Below are positions 40,867 to 51,531 of a DNA stretch of 64,000 nucleotides, piece by piece. The notes under the pieces are model-generated. The model did not search any database. It was given only the letters and a program-made list of their open reading frames with translations, and was not told the DNA's origin. Source of the DNA: Clostridia bacterium (lineage in GTDB: Bacteria > Bacillota > Clostridia > Christensenellales > DTU072); the NCBI GenBank assembly GCA_017403145.1, contig JAFQOO010000005.1, forward strand, positions 174,008 through 238,007, given 5' to 3'. Made by a program: the position numbers and the translations under genes. The number at the start of each line of letters is the position of its first letter. The first letter of the stretch is position 1.

Positions 40867-43476
40867 TTAGTTTTTATTAAATACGATTTCACCGTCGACG
40901 ACGTCGATAGTTACGTCGGATTCGTTAGTAATACGTCCGCTAATGATTTCTTCGCTGAGTTTATCTTCGAATATCTTTTGAACAGCGCGCTTTAGCGGTC
41001 TAGCGCCATATTCAAGGTCGGTGCCCTTTTCCAACAAATATTGTAAAACAGCATCGGTATAGCTAAGCTTAATACCTTTTTCTTTCAAGATATCGATAAC
41101 TTTACCAATCATAATGCCTGCAATTTTTTCAAGAGAAGGTTTATCGAGCTTACGGAATATTATAATATCATCGATACGATTTATAAATTCGGGATTCATA
41201 GCATCTTTCAATGCAGAAAGTTGCTTTTCTTTCATACTTTCGTAATCGCTTGCAGCTTCAATGCTTTGTCCAAAGCCTACTCTCTTCATTTTGAGTATAT
41301 CTTTAGCACCAATATTGGAAGTCATTATTATTACGGTATTCTTAAATGATACTACCCTACCGTGGCTGTCGGTAAGTCTACCTTCATCAAGAATTTGTAA
41401 TAATAAATTGAATACTTCGGGGTGAGCTTTTTCGATTTCGTCGAATAAGACAATAGAATATGGTTTTCTTCTTACCTTTTCGGTTAATTGTCCACCTTCA
41501 TCGTAACCAACGTAACCGGGAGCAGAACCAATTAGACGAGAAACGTTAATCTTCTCCATATATTCGCTCATATCGATACGAATAAGCATATTTTCGTCGC
41601 CGAACATACTTTCGGCAAGAGCTTTGGTTAGCTCGGTTTTACCTACACCCGTAGGTCCTAGGAACATAAAGGTTCCGATGGGCTTTTTGGGGTCCTTTAA
41701 CCCTGCTCTAGAACGTTTTATAGCCCTAGCAACAGCGCTTACCGCTTCATCTTGACCGATAACTCTCTTCTTTAGTTCCGATTCGAGTTGTAAAAGCTTA
41801 ATGCTTTCTTCCTCGGTTAGATTAGAAATAGGTATATTTGTCCATTCCGAAACTATTTCGGCAATTTGTTCTTCACCAATCGATAAAACTCCGGAAGTAA
41901 TATCGTTACCCCACTTTAGTTTTAACTCTTTGATTTGAGCGTCTACGTTATCGCGTTCACCTTTTAGCGTATTTGCTTTAACAAAGTCTTCGTCTTTGGT
42001 TGCTTGTTGTATACTATCATTAAGAATGGAACGATGGTTCTCAAGTTCAACGATTTCCGTGGGCATAACCATTGCGTTTACACGCATTTTAGATGCAGCT
42101 TCGTCGATAGCATCTATTGCTTTATCGGGTAAGTACCTATCCGCAACGTATCTATCCGTTAAAGTAGCTGCAGCGACCAAGGCATCGTCGGTAATTTGCA
42201 CCATATGGTGGGTTTGATATTTGTCCCTAATTCCCTTTAAGATTTGTATAGTATCTTCTACTGACGGAGGGTCGACCATTATAGGCTTAAAGCGACGCTC
42301 TAAAGCAGCATCTTTTTCAATATGTTTACGATACTCGTCAATCGTAGTTGCACCAATTGTAGGTATATCGCCACGAGCTAACAAAGGTTTAAGTAGGTTT
42401 GCAATCGTAGCACCGCCATCGTTGTCGCCTACCGACATAATCATATGCATTTCATCGATAAAGAGTATAGTTTTATCATCTTCTAACTCTTTGAGCATAT
42501 TTTTAAATCTTTCTTCAAATTCGCCACGGAATTTAGTACCGGCGACTAAAGAACCTACGTCGAGAGCAAAAATTCGCTTATCTTTTATAATATTAGGTAC
42601 TTTGCCTTCGGCAATTGCTTGAGCGAGTCCTTCTACTATAGCAGTTTTACCTACGCCGGGTTCACCGATAATCAATGGATTATTCTTTGTTCTACGCGAA
42701 AGAACACGTAGCACTTGTTCGATTTCCTTTTCTCTACCGATTACAGGGTCGTACTTTCCGTTTTTAGCATTGGCAGTCATATCGGTACCAAAAGCCTTCA
42801 ATTCATCACTAATATCATCATTATTTTCGGGTTTTGATTTATTAGGTTTATTAGCCTTAGGTCCTTTTTGTGCATTTATTGATTTCATTAAATCGTTAAA
42901 ATCCTTACTATCGGATGCAACGAATTTAAAAAATGGTGTACTACTATTTTTCGAACCGAAACCACCGCTAAATAAATCGTTAAATAGCTTATCAAATCCA
43001 AACACGTCAACTTCGTTATCAATGTTGTCCTCGGTGGTATCATCCTCGTCTTTTATTTCGTGGAAAGATTCGGATATATAGTTGACGTCGTTTGATGATA
43101 TTTTAAATTCGGCAAGTATTTTAGCAGCAGCGCAACTTTTATCGACCATCAAACCAAGAAGTAAGTGGTCGGTATCGATAAGTTTATCGTCGTTTCTGGT
43201 TGCTTGAGCATAGGCGTGTGTAAAAACGCGTTCTACTTGGCTTTGTATTAAAACGGGGTTATAATTTTTACCGGCATATTCATTTAGAGCCTGATATACC
43301 CTTTCTTTATCAACCTTGTATTGTTTCAAAATATCATAAGCATAAGTATCTTCCACCGTTACCATTGCGGCTAATATATGTTCGGTAGCATAACTTTTTA
43401 GTTTTAAACGTTCCGCAAATTCTTGCGCTTTCTTAAGCACTTTAATTGCGTCGCTAGTAAATCTATATTGGTTCAT
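40867..43476 (-). CDS. clpC: ATP-dependent Clp protease ATPase ClpC
   Basis: Clp-N repeats; GEPGVGKT and GPTGVGKT; RIDMSEY; GYVGY; GARPL. Confidence 0.93.
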   Translation of the reverse strand: MNQYRFTSDAIKVLKKAQEFAERLKLKSYATEHILAAMVTVEDTYAYDILKQYKVDKERVYQALNEYAGKNYNPVLIQSQVERVFTHAYAQATRNDDKLIDTDHLLLGLMVDKSCAAAKILAEFKISSNDVNYISESFHEIKDEDDTTEDNIDNEVDVFGFDKLFNDLFSGGFGSKNSSTPFFKFVASDSKDFNDLMKSINAQKGPKANKPNKSKPENNDDISDELKAFGTDMTANAKNGKYDPVIGREKEIEQVLRVLSRRTKNNPLIIGEPGVGKTAIVEGLAQAIAEGKVPNIIKDKRIFALDVGSLVAGTKFRGEFEERFKNMLKELEDDKTILFIDEMHMIMSVGDNDGGATIANLLKPLLARGDIPTIGATTIDEYRKHIEKDAALERRFKPIMVDPPSVEDTIQILKGIRDKYQTHHMVQITDDALVAAATLTDRYVADRYLPDKAIDAIDEAASKMRVNAMVMPTEIVELENHRSILNDSIQQATKDEDFVKANTLKGERDNVDAQIKELKLKWGNDITSGVLSIGEEQIAEIVSEWTNIPISNLTEEESIKLLQLESELKKRVIGQDEAVSAVARAIKRSRAGLKDPKKPIGTFMFLGPTGVGKTELTKALAESMFGDENMLIRIDMSEYMEKINVSRLIGSAPGYVGYDEGGQLTEKVRRKPYSIVLFDEIEKAHPEVFNLLLQILDEGRLTDSHGRVVSFKNTVIIMTSNIGAKDILKMKRVGFGQSIEAASDYESMKEKQLSALKDAMNPEFINRIDDIIIFRKLDKPSLEKIAGIMIGKVIDILKEKGIKLSYTDAVLQYLLEKGTDLEYGARPLKRAVQKIFEDKLSEEIISGRITNESDVTIDVVDGEIVFNKN

Positions 43477-43478
43477 TT

Positions 43479-44339
43479 TTATTTTCCTTTTATAAAATTG
43501 ATTAGTTGTTCTCTTAACTCTCTATCGCGTAAAGCAAACTCAATATTTGCCTTAAGGAAACCAAATTTACTGCCCATATCATAACGTACACCATCAAACA
43601 TATATGCGTACACGGGCATATCTTTAGCAAGTAAGTCTATAGAAGACGGTAAATATATTTCCCCATTTTTAACAGGTTTAGTCTTTTCTATGTAATCGAA
43701 AATTTCCGGCGTTAATATAAAACGACCTAAAGAGGTAATCGTGGAAGCCATACTATCGATAGAAGGTTTTTCTTGGAAACCATCTATCAAAACGTATTTA
43801 CCCTTTTGTTCTCTTACCACCATAACGCCATAATGTATAGCTTCCTCGGGAGCGAGATTTTGGCACCCTACTATAGTTGCCCCCGTTGTCTCGTAGGCTT
43901 TTATAAGTTGAGCTGTAACGGGATTTGCGGGATTATAAATAACGTCATCGGGGAAAAGGACAGCAACAGGATTGGAGCCTACAAAACTCTTACATAGTTC
44001 AACTGCTTTAGCAGTACCTTTCATTTCGGGTTGAAGAACAAAAGTAAAATTGACGTCTTTAAATTTATTTATAAGTGAAATCTTTTCACGTTTATCGGCT
44101 TTAATTAACGCAGACTCAAGCTCGTTATTCGGGTAAAGATATTTAGCTATAGCTTCTTTATCGCGCGAAATAACAATACATATATCGGTAATACCGCTAC
44201 ATAGACACTCTTCGATTACGTAATCGATGCTAGGTCTGTCTAGTATAGGCAACATTTCTTTGGGAACCGCTTTGGTAATTGGTAAAAACCTTGTTCCGAA
44301 GCCTGCTGCCGGGATGATTGCTTTGGTTACTTTTTTCAT
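43479..44339 (-). CDS. galU: UTP-glucose-1-phosphate uridylyltransferase
   Basis: IIPAAGFGTRFLPITKAVPKEMLP, EKP, RYDMG. Confidence 0.93.
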   Translation of the reverse strand: MKKVTKAIIPAAGFGTRFLPITKAVPKEMLPILDRPSIDYVIEECLCSGITDICIVISRDKEAIAKYLYPNNELESALIKADKREKISLINKFKDVNFTFVLQPEMKGTAKAVELCKSFVGSNPVAVLFPDDVIYNPANPVTAQLIKAYETTGATIVGCQNLAPEEAIHYGVMVVREQKGKYVLIDGFQEKPSIDSMASTITSLGRFILTPEIFDYIEKTKPVKNGEIYLPSSIDLLAKDMPVYAYMFDGVRYDMGSKFGFLKANIEFALRDRELREQLINFIKGK

Positions 44340-44473
44340 AATGCCTGCCTTGTATCTATATTATATAATAGGATTTACAAAAAATCAATATGCAACTTTA
44401 CAAGATTTGGTATTTACTTTTTTAAAATTGTGGTCTATAATCTATGTGTAATAAAACTTTAATGGAGACTGTT

Positions 44474-45058
44474 ATGTCAGAAGAAGTAAAAAATCAAGCA
44501 ACTAACAAACAAGAAACCTTAACTCCTGCTCAAATCAAGCAAAAACGTAAAAACGAAATCATCAGGGTTATAAAATTCGTATTATTTTCTGCATCGGCTG
44601 GAATAATACAATTTGCTTCTTGTACCCTATTATTTGAAGTAGCAAAATTAGAATACGTTTGGGCGTACATAATTTCCGTAGTCCTATCGGTTCTTTGGAA
44701 CTTTACATTCAATCGTAAATTTACCTTTAAATCGGCAAACAATATACCAATCGCTATGCTCAAGGTTGCAGCATTCTATCTAGTGTTTACTCCCCTATCG
44801 GCACTATGGAGTTGGGCGCTAGAAGACTTATGCGGTTGGAACGAATATCTAGTTCTTGCACCTACTATGATTATAAATATGGTAACCGAATACCTATACT
44901 GCACCTATTTCGTATTCAAAAATTCAATGAATACAAATAAACTAGGTCAAAAAGAAAAGGAAGAGTTAGAAAAAATGGGTTTAACACAAAACATTGAAAA
45001 CGCTGAAGAAGAAATCGTTACCGAAGAAGCTAACGAAAACGACGAAACAAATGCATAA
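44474..45058 (+). CDS. GtrA family membrane protein
   Basis: KFVLFSASAG, WNFTFNRKFTFKS; SD ggag before ATG 44474. Confidence 0.88.
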   Translation: MSEEVKNQATNKQETLTPAQIKQKRKNEIIRVIKFVLFSASAGIIQFASCTLLFEVAKLEYVWAYIISVVLSVLWNFTFNRKFTFKSANNIPIAMLKVAAFYLVFTPLSALWSWALEDLCGWNEYLVLAPTMIINMVTEYLYCTYFVFKNSMNTNKLGQKEKEELEKMGLTQNIENAEEEIVTEEANENDETNA

Positions 45059-45084
45059 ATCAAACTAGGTCCATAGATAAGATA

Positions 45085-45119
45085 TTTAGGGTGTAACGTA
45101 ATGGTTACACCCTATTTTT
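45085..45119 (+). terminator. Terminator after gtrA
   Basis: tagggtgtaac-gtaatg-gttacacccta-ttttt. Confidence 0.8.
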
Positions 45120-45183
45120 ATACTATTTACTAAAGCAGAACAATCTATTATAATTAAGAATATAAAATAGTAAGGGGTTCCAT

Positions 45184-45249
45184 ATGTTATTACTAGTATT
45201 CATAATTGTATTTGTAAGCACGTTATTTAGTTGTTTATTGAAGAAATAA
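45184..45249 (+). CDS. 21-aa hydrophobic small protein
   Basis: MLLLVFIIVFVSTLFSCLLKK*; SD taagggg; promoter TTTACT-17-TATAAT at 45126-45154. Confidence 0.55.
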   Translation: MLLLVFIIVFVSTLFSCLLKK

Positions 45250-45280
45250 ACCAACTAAAAACCAATAAATAACTTTTAAC

Positions 45281-45309
45281 TTGACAAACGTTCTAATAGG
45301 ATATAAAAT
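45281..45309 (+). promoter_or_regulatory. Promoter of tRNA-Leu(CAG)
   Basis: TTGACA-17-TAAAAT. Confidence 0.75.
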
Positions 45310-45322
45310 AATTTGGCGATGT

Positions 45323-45409
45323 GCGGTCGTGGCGGAATTGGCAGACGCGTAAGATTCAGGCTCTTATGAAGTAAAATTCATGCAAGTTCAAATCTTGTCG
45401 ACCGCACCA
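45323..45409 (+). tRNA. tRNA-Leu(CAG)
   Basis: gcggtcg acceptor; taaga-ttcaggc-tctta; long variable arm; CCA. Confidence 0.94.
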
Positions 45410-45700
45410 TAACAAAGAATCGGGTTTTCGCCCGATTTTTTGTTATTGTTCGACAAGAATACTCTCTTGTACGCTTTAGCGGAACAAGTGCAGTAATTTG
45501 CTTGCAAATTATACGAGCAGTATCAATAATATAACAACTTACTTGCTATTAAACTTTGAGGTATAGCTAATATATCTCTTACTCTATCGAGTTACCTTGT
45601 CGACCGCACCATAACAAATAATCGGGTTTTCGCCCGATTTTTTTGTTATTGCTCGACAAGAATACTCTCTTGTTCGCTTTAGCGGAACAAGTGCAGTAAT
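45394..45700 (+). repeat. Direct repeat of about 104 bp (45394-45497 and 45596-45700) containing tRNA 3' end, terminator and hairpins
   Basis: cttgtcgaccgcaccataacaaa...gcggaacaagtgcagtaat occurs twice with about 4 differences. Confidence 0.92.
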
Positions 45701-45708
45701 ATGATTTG

Positions 45709-47112
45709 CTACAAAGCAATAATTTTATTAGCAAATAATGGTACGCCTTCGGTAGAAATACAGCTTAATGAAATAGTGTTAGCACTCATATACTTCACGT
45801 AATTTTGTATAGCAACACCTTCATACACAGCGTCGTAAATTTTAAGACGAATATAACCTTCTTTCTTATAACGATAATTACCAACCTTTATTCCATCTTT
45901 TAAAATTGCACCCGTTTGACTAAATACGTATTTTTCAGATTCAGCCATATCGTCTATGGTCTCTTTATAATGTACTACAAGGTCATATTCGCCACTTATT
46001 TGACCATTTTCTGCTACAACGTATTCTTCACCAAGATAGTCGTTTGGTGCAAGCATAGGCCATCCATCGGCGTTGAACAACAGCTTTCTAACCTTTAGTG
46101 AATAGTCTTGATAAATATATTTATCATATCCGTATCTTTCGTGATATACGCAAAAATATTCTCCATCTTTTTTAATCACCGAGTTGTGTCCAAGTGCTAC
46201 GTGTCCATAGGCTTCATCATCAAATCTATAATTACCGGATAATTTATTACCTTTACCATTCGGGGTAATCATATCGCATCCATTTTGGTCAAGATAAGGG
46301 CCATCAGGATTTTTACTGCGGGCAATACGCATATTATAATTGCTTGCCAAATTGCCCTCGCTAACCATTAAATAGAAATAGTCTGTTTCTTCACTATAAA
46401 ATATAAACGGACCTTCTACTCCGCTAGAATAACCATCCCAGCATATTTTTTTACCAAACCCATTTTCTATAGGTAAACCGAACTTTTCTCCACTATTATA
46501 TAACTCTATAACGTATATCCCGGCAAAATAAGAACCGTAAACCATCCATAACTTTCCATTTTTATCATAAAATAATTCCGGGTCAATGGCATTGGGCTCT
46601 TCCCACCATAAATCGTGTGAATATATCAGCATTTCTTCATTCGAGTATGGACCTAAAATATTATCACTCGATACTCTGCCGATGCAAGACTGTCCCTTTC
46701 CAAATGCAGTCGTTAAAGCATAATACATATAATATTTATCGTTATATTTTATCACGTCGGGCGCCCAAGTAGAATTTATACCTCCGTCCCTACCGTTGAA
46801 CTCATCGGATTTAACTAAAATACTTCTAAAATCTTTAGTACCATATAACTTTTCCGGCTGATATTCGTTGACCTCTTGCTTCCAAGTAATCAAATCATTA
46901 GAAGAAGCTACCGCAAAATGAGAACCAAACGCATAATATTTATCGGTAACCTCATCATAAAAAATTGAAGGGTCGTGAACTACTACGTTATTAGTTAAGG
47001 CTTCTTGCGTGGGTACAAAATCCATTATATCACCTCTTGTGCAACCTAAAGCAGTTACACTAAAACAAAAAACAAATAAAATTAAGACTATAATATTTGT
47101 TAATCTTCTCAT
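45709..47112 (-). CDS. GH43 endo-arabinanase-like lipoprotein
   Basis: Lipobox ALGC; VHDPSI, WAPDV, NAIDP, EGPFI, GHNS; GH43 C-domain. Confidence 0.9.
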   Translation of the reverse strand: MRRLTNIIVLILFVFCFSVTALGCTRGDIMDFVPTQEALTNNVVVHDPSIFYDEVTDKYYAFGSHFAVASSNDLITWKQEVNEYQPEKLYGTKDFRSILVKSDEFNGRDGGINSTWAPDVIKYNDKYYMYYALTTAFGKGQSCIGRVSSDNILGPYSNEEMLIYSHDLWWEEPNAIDPELFYDKNGKLWMVYGSYFAGIYVIELYNSGEKFGLPIENGFGKKICWDGYSSGVEGPFIFYSEETDYFYLMVSEGNLASNYNMRIARSKNPDGPYLDQNGCDMITPNGKGNKLSGNYRFDDEAYGHVALGHNSVIKKDGEYFCVYHERYGYDKYIYQDYSLKVRKLLFNADGWPMLAPNDYLGEEYVVAENGQISGEYDLVVHYKETIDDMAESEKYVFSQTGAILKDGIKVGNYRYKKEGYIRLKIYDAVYEGVAIQNYVKYMSANTISLSCISTEGVPLFANKIIAL

Positions 47113-47118
47113 ATAACA

Positions 47119-47147
47119 ATTTTAATATATTATTATAAATTTTTCAA
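47119..47147 (-). promoter_or_regulatory. Promoter 6 nt before GH43 ATG (leaderless)
   Basis: TTGAAA-17-TAAAAT-tgttat-ATG. Confidence 0.55.
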
Positions 47148-47357
47148 TAACAAAATCTAATAAGCGTATCAAAATTAAACGTCATATTCAATACATTAAC
47201 CACAAAGTCCAAACAAAAAACATCACATTTAGTACGATAAATATTGCAACTTGGGTATTTAACTATTTCTCGAGATTTTCATTAAACATAAGATTATAAA
47301 TATACCATATAACTGTATCTAAGTAATAAAAAAAACAAGTCTTACGACTTGTCTTCT

Positions 47358-47440
47358 TGGTGCGATCGATGGGACTTGAACCCATACGGTCTCCCATACG
47401 CCCCTCAAACGTACGCGTCTGCCTGTTCCGCCACGATCGC
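47358..47440 (-). tRNA. tRNA-Leu(GAG)
   Basis: gcgatcg acceptor; tacgt-ttgaggg-gcgta; CCA; followed by terminator at 47328-47353. Confidence 0.94.
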
Positions 47441-47617
47441 AAATTCAGTTCGCAAATTATATTAGCATAAGAAATAATATTTTGCAACACTTTTTTAATA
47501 AAGTTTTATAAAAAATTTAAAGAGGTTAACCACTAATCGATATTGACAAAAACTATTAGAAAAACTATAATTATTTTGTAACCACAACTCATTTTTCTCT
47601 TCCATATTCAATAACAA

Positions 47618-50032
47618 ATGAAAAGATTAACAACTTTACTAATAGTCATATCTTTAACACTTTTTAGCGTAATTACAATTTGCGCAATTGACAACGAGCT
47701 TTTTAGTGGCGTATACAAATCGGAATTGACGATTGATTATTCCACTCCCCAAGACGAAATAACCCACGGAGCTACAGGCTTTCTATATGGTTTAGCAGAA
47801 CCTGATATTCCCGATGGAAATATGTTATATGCCATTTCACCAAAAGTATTAGCAACACGAGTACCAAATGGGTTGCAACATCCCTCGGGTGATTTAGCAA
47901 GAGTTTCGGGCTATTTCTTCGAAAATGGTGGAGAAAATATCATAATATATATGCAAGATATCTATCCCGATTGGTACTATTCTTATAGAGAAAATTATTT
48001 AGACACTATGTCTAATGTTATAGATACGATTACACATTTAGAACACTCCGATAAATTTATATATCAACCATTCAACGAAATGAACAACGGGGTTTGGTAT
48101 GGTAATTTTAGCTCATATACGAATAGAGTAAAGTTTTACAATGCCTTTAAAGATGCATTTAATCTTATTAAAGAGAAAACGAACGGAGCTCCTGTCGGCG
48201 GTCCTGCTTATACAGATTATAATTCGGAACTAATAAAAGAGTTCCTTAGTTATTGTATTGAAAACTACTGCGTTCCTGACGTAATGATTTGGCACGAGCT
48301 CTATTGGTATTCTACCTATGGTATACGCGACACGGTAAAGGATTATCGAAAGATAGAAAAAGAGCTGGGGTTAGATGAAATTAGAATTATAATCGACGAA
48401 TATGGTACTTTTAAAGACATAGGCACGCCCGGAAATATGCTACAATACCTAGCATCCTTTGAAGAAACAAATACCGATGGGTGTTTAGCCTTTTGGCGAC
48501 TACCAAACAATATGAATGATTTGTGTGCAAGCAACAATATGCCAACGTCTGCCTGGTGGCTATATCATTGGTATTCACAAATGCAAGGGACAACCTACCC
48601 AGTAACAAAATCCGATAAAACTATCCCCTATTTTAGTGCAATTACTACCTCTGATAGCGAAAACATTACTATAATATGTGGCGGTGGGGAAGGTAAATCA
48701 AAAATAGAGCTTAGTGAAATCACTTCTTTAGAAATATTTAAAAACGCAAAATCCATAATTTATGAAATAGAGTATTTGGACTTCGAAGGACTCACAGCAC
48801 CTAGTTTAGGAGGAACAAAACTTTTAAAAGGTAAAAGCACTATCCTAAACAATTCATCGGTTATTAAGCTCGGTAAAATATCGACTTCTCGAGCATATAA
48901 AATTAAGGTTTATCCTTCGAGCGAAACAATATATGCAAATTCAGTAGAGAAATATGAACCCCCTATTCGTTATGAAGGAGAAAATGCAACCTATTCAAAC
49001 GCTAGAATTCGCACATACGACGACATTAGATATGCTTCAAGTGGCGGCGGAATTGAGGTACAACGAGGAGGAAACGTTTCCTTTAACGTTAAAGCAGAAA
49101 AAGACGGACTTTATGCTCTAGAGCTAGTATATTTATCTAACCCAACCATTGGTAACGTAAGACTTAATTCTCGAGTAAAAGTATCAATAGATGGTAAAGA
49201 AGAAATTCACAACTTACCCAACACCTTAACAAGCCATTCATCAAGCGAATACATTATAAATACATATTTTACTAAAGGTGAACATAACGTTACGTTTAAA
49301 TATGATTTTGGTGTATTTACTATAGATTTTATGGACGTAAAATATCTTTCATCAGGCTATGAAGATTATCCTAACTCCTATATATGCGAACAATTAAAAA
49401 ATAAAGATGAAAATATTTATATGATAGTTGTTCCACAGAGCGGTTATTATTCATATCCAAACAACGTAGAAATAAATAGTGTAAATGGCATTTCAATCCA
49501 ATCAAATTTAGGTCGCGTATATTTAGAATATGGTATAAATTTACTTGTGGTTGAAGGGACGATGGAAGATTTTATAGTTAGCAAAACAAACAATGGCGAT
49601 AGTATCATATATTCGGTAGAATTTGCAGATAACTCTTCAGGATACTTAGTAAAAAACGATTTATCCCCTACGGGATACTATCTTAAAGACGTGCCTAGCA
49701 ACTACCCTATTGATTTTAACGTTTACGTTGAAAAAGATGGCTACTATGCACTAACCACGCTTTATTCTCAAATACAAACGGAAGGAAATCACGCATACAA
49801 CGTAAAATTGGTAGAAAGATATAGTTCAATAATGATAAATGGCACCGATATCGATACCATTTATTTTGCAAATACATATTCAAATTTTAACTTTAAAGAA
49901 AAAACTATATACGTTTATCTTTCAAAAGGTAGCAACCAAATTACTTTTATAAATAAAGGTGATTACGTTTGGAACAACCTTAAACCAAAACTGCCGAATA
50001 TAGCAAGTTTGATTATAAGTCCAATCCAATAA
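47618..50032 (+). CDS. Secreted clan GH-A glycoside hydrolase (GH39-like) with CBM6/CBM35-like modules
   Basis: Signal peptide; HGATGFLYG, FNEM acid/base, WHEL, IDEY nucleophile; YEGE and FNVxxEKDGxYAL CBM-like repeats. Confidence 0.7.
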   Translation: MKRLTTLLIVISLTLFSVITICAIDNELFSGVYKSELTIDYSTPQDEITHGATGFLYGLAEPDIPDGNMLYAISPKVLATRVPNGLQHPSGDLARVSGYFFENGGENIIIYMQDIYPDWYYSYRENYLDTMSNVIDTITHLEHSDKFIYQPFNEMNNGVWYGNFSSYTNRVKFYNAFKDAFNLIKEKTNGAPVGGPAYTDYNSELIKEFLSYCIENYCVPDVMIWHELYWYSTYGIRDTVKDYRKIEKELGLDEIRIIIDEYGTFKDIGTPGNMLQYLASFEETNTDGCLAFWRLPNNMNDLCASNNMPTSAWWLYHWYSQMQGTTYPVTKSDKTIPYFSAITTSDSENITIICGGGEGKSKIELSEITSLEIFKNAKSIIYEIEYLDFEGLTAPSLGGTKLLKGKSTILNNSSVIKLGKISTSRAYKIKVYPSSETIYANSVEKYEPPIRYEGENATYSNARIRTYDDIRYASSGGGIEVQRGGNVSFNVKAEKDGLYALELVYLSNPTIGNVRLNSRVKVSIDGKEEIHNLPNTLTSHSSSEYIINTYFTKGEHNVTFKYDFGVFTIDFMDVKYLSSGYEDYPNSYICEQLKNKDENIYMIVVPQSGYYSYPNNVEINSVNGISIQSNLGRVYLEYGINLLVVEGTMEDFIVSKTNNGDSIIYSVEFADNSSGYLVKNDLSPTGYYLKDVPSNYPIDFNVYVEKDGYYALTTLYSQIQTEGNHAYNVKLVERYSSIMINGTDIDTIYFANTYSNFNFKEKTIYVYLSKGSNQITFINKGDYVWNNLKPKLPNIASLIISPIQ

Positions 50033-51529
50033 TTATTTGTCTAGAAGCCTCTTGAATAAAGGGGCTTTTAAATTATAACCATCACTTTCGTATACCCCTA
50101 TAAACTCAATATAGGGCTTAGCGCGACATTTATTTATAACTATCGTTAGATTGTCGGTTATTACTCTTTTATCAAAAATAGCGATTCTATTGTAGCCAAT
50201 GGTAGTACCATTATATAACAAAATCTTTTTACCTTTGACGTTACTATATATCTTAAATTCTTCAACCCTTTGAGAAAAACATACGTTTTCTACCAAACGC
50301 ATCTTATCTACTTTATATGGTTTATCAAAATTTAACTTTATTTCATAAACATCGCTTTCTTCACGAGGGGTATAATAACTAGTTGCATCAAAATTATTCT
50401 TGTTATAAGTATAATTAAGTACGTTACGTATTTTATTTGCCCCTTCGTGTTCAGGAGCTGTTATTTTAGCAATAAAAATCTGTTTGGAATATAAAGATTT
50501 TATTCTATCACCCAACTTAACCAATCTTTCAACGTCAACGTCGTTTATTCTACCACTTCTATCCGGCGGTACGTTCAAAAGCAACAAACTATTACCTCCA
50601 ACAGAATTCACGTAAATACGCATAAGATTTTTAACACTTCTGACCTTAGAATCTTGTGATTTATGGTAAAACCAACCCGGTCTAATTGAAACGTCTACCT
50701 CTGCAGGCGACCATACGAAATCATCAAATTTAGAAAGAAAATCTCTACTACCTATATCTTTTGCTAAAATATCCTTTTCTTTCAATAATTTCATATTTTG
50801 CTTTTCGGTAGTTTGACTGCTAGCCATTACTTTTTCTTCACTAGTAATCAAACGAGGTATAACGTTCCATTCCGACTTACGAGCAGTACCATTTTCATTA
50901 CCTACCCATCTAACGTCGGGTCCACAATTAGAAATTATAGTTTTGGGACTAAGTTTTCTTATAATTGAGTAATACCTTTTAAAATCATACTCTTGTTTCG
51001 TTTTGCCATCACTTTCAGCGCCACAAGCACCATCAAGCCAAATACAAAAAATTTCACCATATTTAGTTAATAGTTCGGTTAACTGTGCGCAATAATAATC
51101 GTCGTATTCGGGCGTACCATAAAACTTACTATTTCTATCCCACGGTGAAAGATATAATCCTAATTTAACGTTATATTTTTTGCAAGCATCAGCTAACTCT
51201 TTAACGACGTCGCCCTTTCCTTCTTTGTATGGGCTGTTTTTTATCGAATATTCGGTAGTATCCGTTTGCCACATACAAAATCCATCGTGGTGCTTAGCAG
51301 TGAATATTATGCCTTTAGCACCTGCATATTTTAGTACTTTAACCCATTGTTCAACGTCTTGATTTGAAGGATTAAATATATCTGGGGACAAAGTACCATC
51401 GCTCCATTCTTTACCAGCAAATGTGTTTAAACCATAATGAATAAAAGCATTAAAGTTTTCTCTTTGAATACTTTTTTGTCTAGTGCTAGGTACTACTTCA
51501 ATTATTTTATTTAATTGTTCTTTATTCAT
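50033..51529 (-). CDS. Alpha-L-fucosidase (GH29)
   Basis: FIHYGLNTF, AKHHDGF, YLSPWD, WLDGA, SIRPGWFY, LLNVPP. Confidence 0.93.
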   Translation of the reverse strand: MNKEQLNKIIEVVPSTRQKSIQRENFNAFIHYGLNTFAGKEWSDGTLSPDIFNPSNQDVEQWVKVLKYAGAKGIIFTAKHHDGFCMWQTDTTEYSIKNSPYKEGKGDVVKELADACKKYNVKLGLYLSPWDRNSKFYGTPEYDDYYCAQLTELLTKYGEIFCIWLDGACGAESDGKTKQEYDFKRYYSIIRKLSPKTIISNCGPDVRWVGNENGTARKSEWNVIPRLITSEEKVMASSQTTEKQNMKLLKEKDILAKDIGSRDFLSKFDDFVWSPAEVDVSIRPGWFYHKSQDSKVRSVKNLMRIYVNSVGGNSLLLLNVPPDRSGRINDVDVERLVKLGDRIKSLYSKQIFIAKITAPEHEGANKIRNVLNYTYNKNNFDATSYYTPREESDVYEIKLNFDKPYKVDKMRLVENVCFSQRVEEFKIYSNVKGKKILLYNGTTIGYNRIAIFDKRVITDNLTIVINKCRAKPYIEFIGVYESDGYNLKAPLFKRLLDK

Positions 51530-51531
51530 AA

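Noticed and set aside
45394-45700. Possible CRISPR array
   Set aside because: Only two units of about 104 bp containing a tRNA end; no cas genes
45323-47440. Invertible segment bounded by the two inverted tRNA-Leu genes
   Set aside because: Similarity is ordinary tRNA homology; no recombinase nearby
47263-47490. 75-aa ORF in track
   Set aside because: Overlaps tRNA-Leu(GAG)
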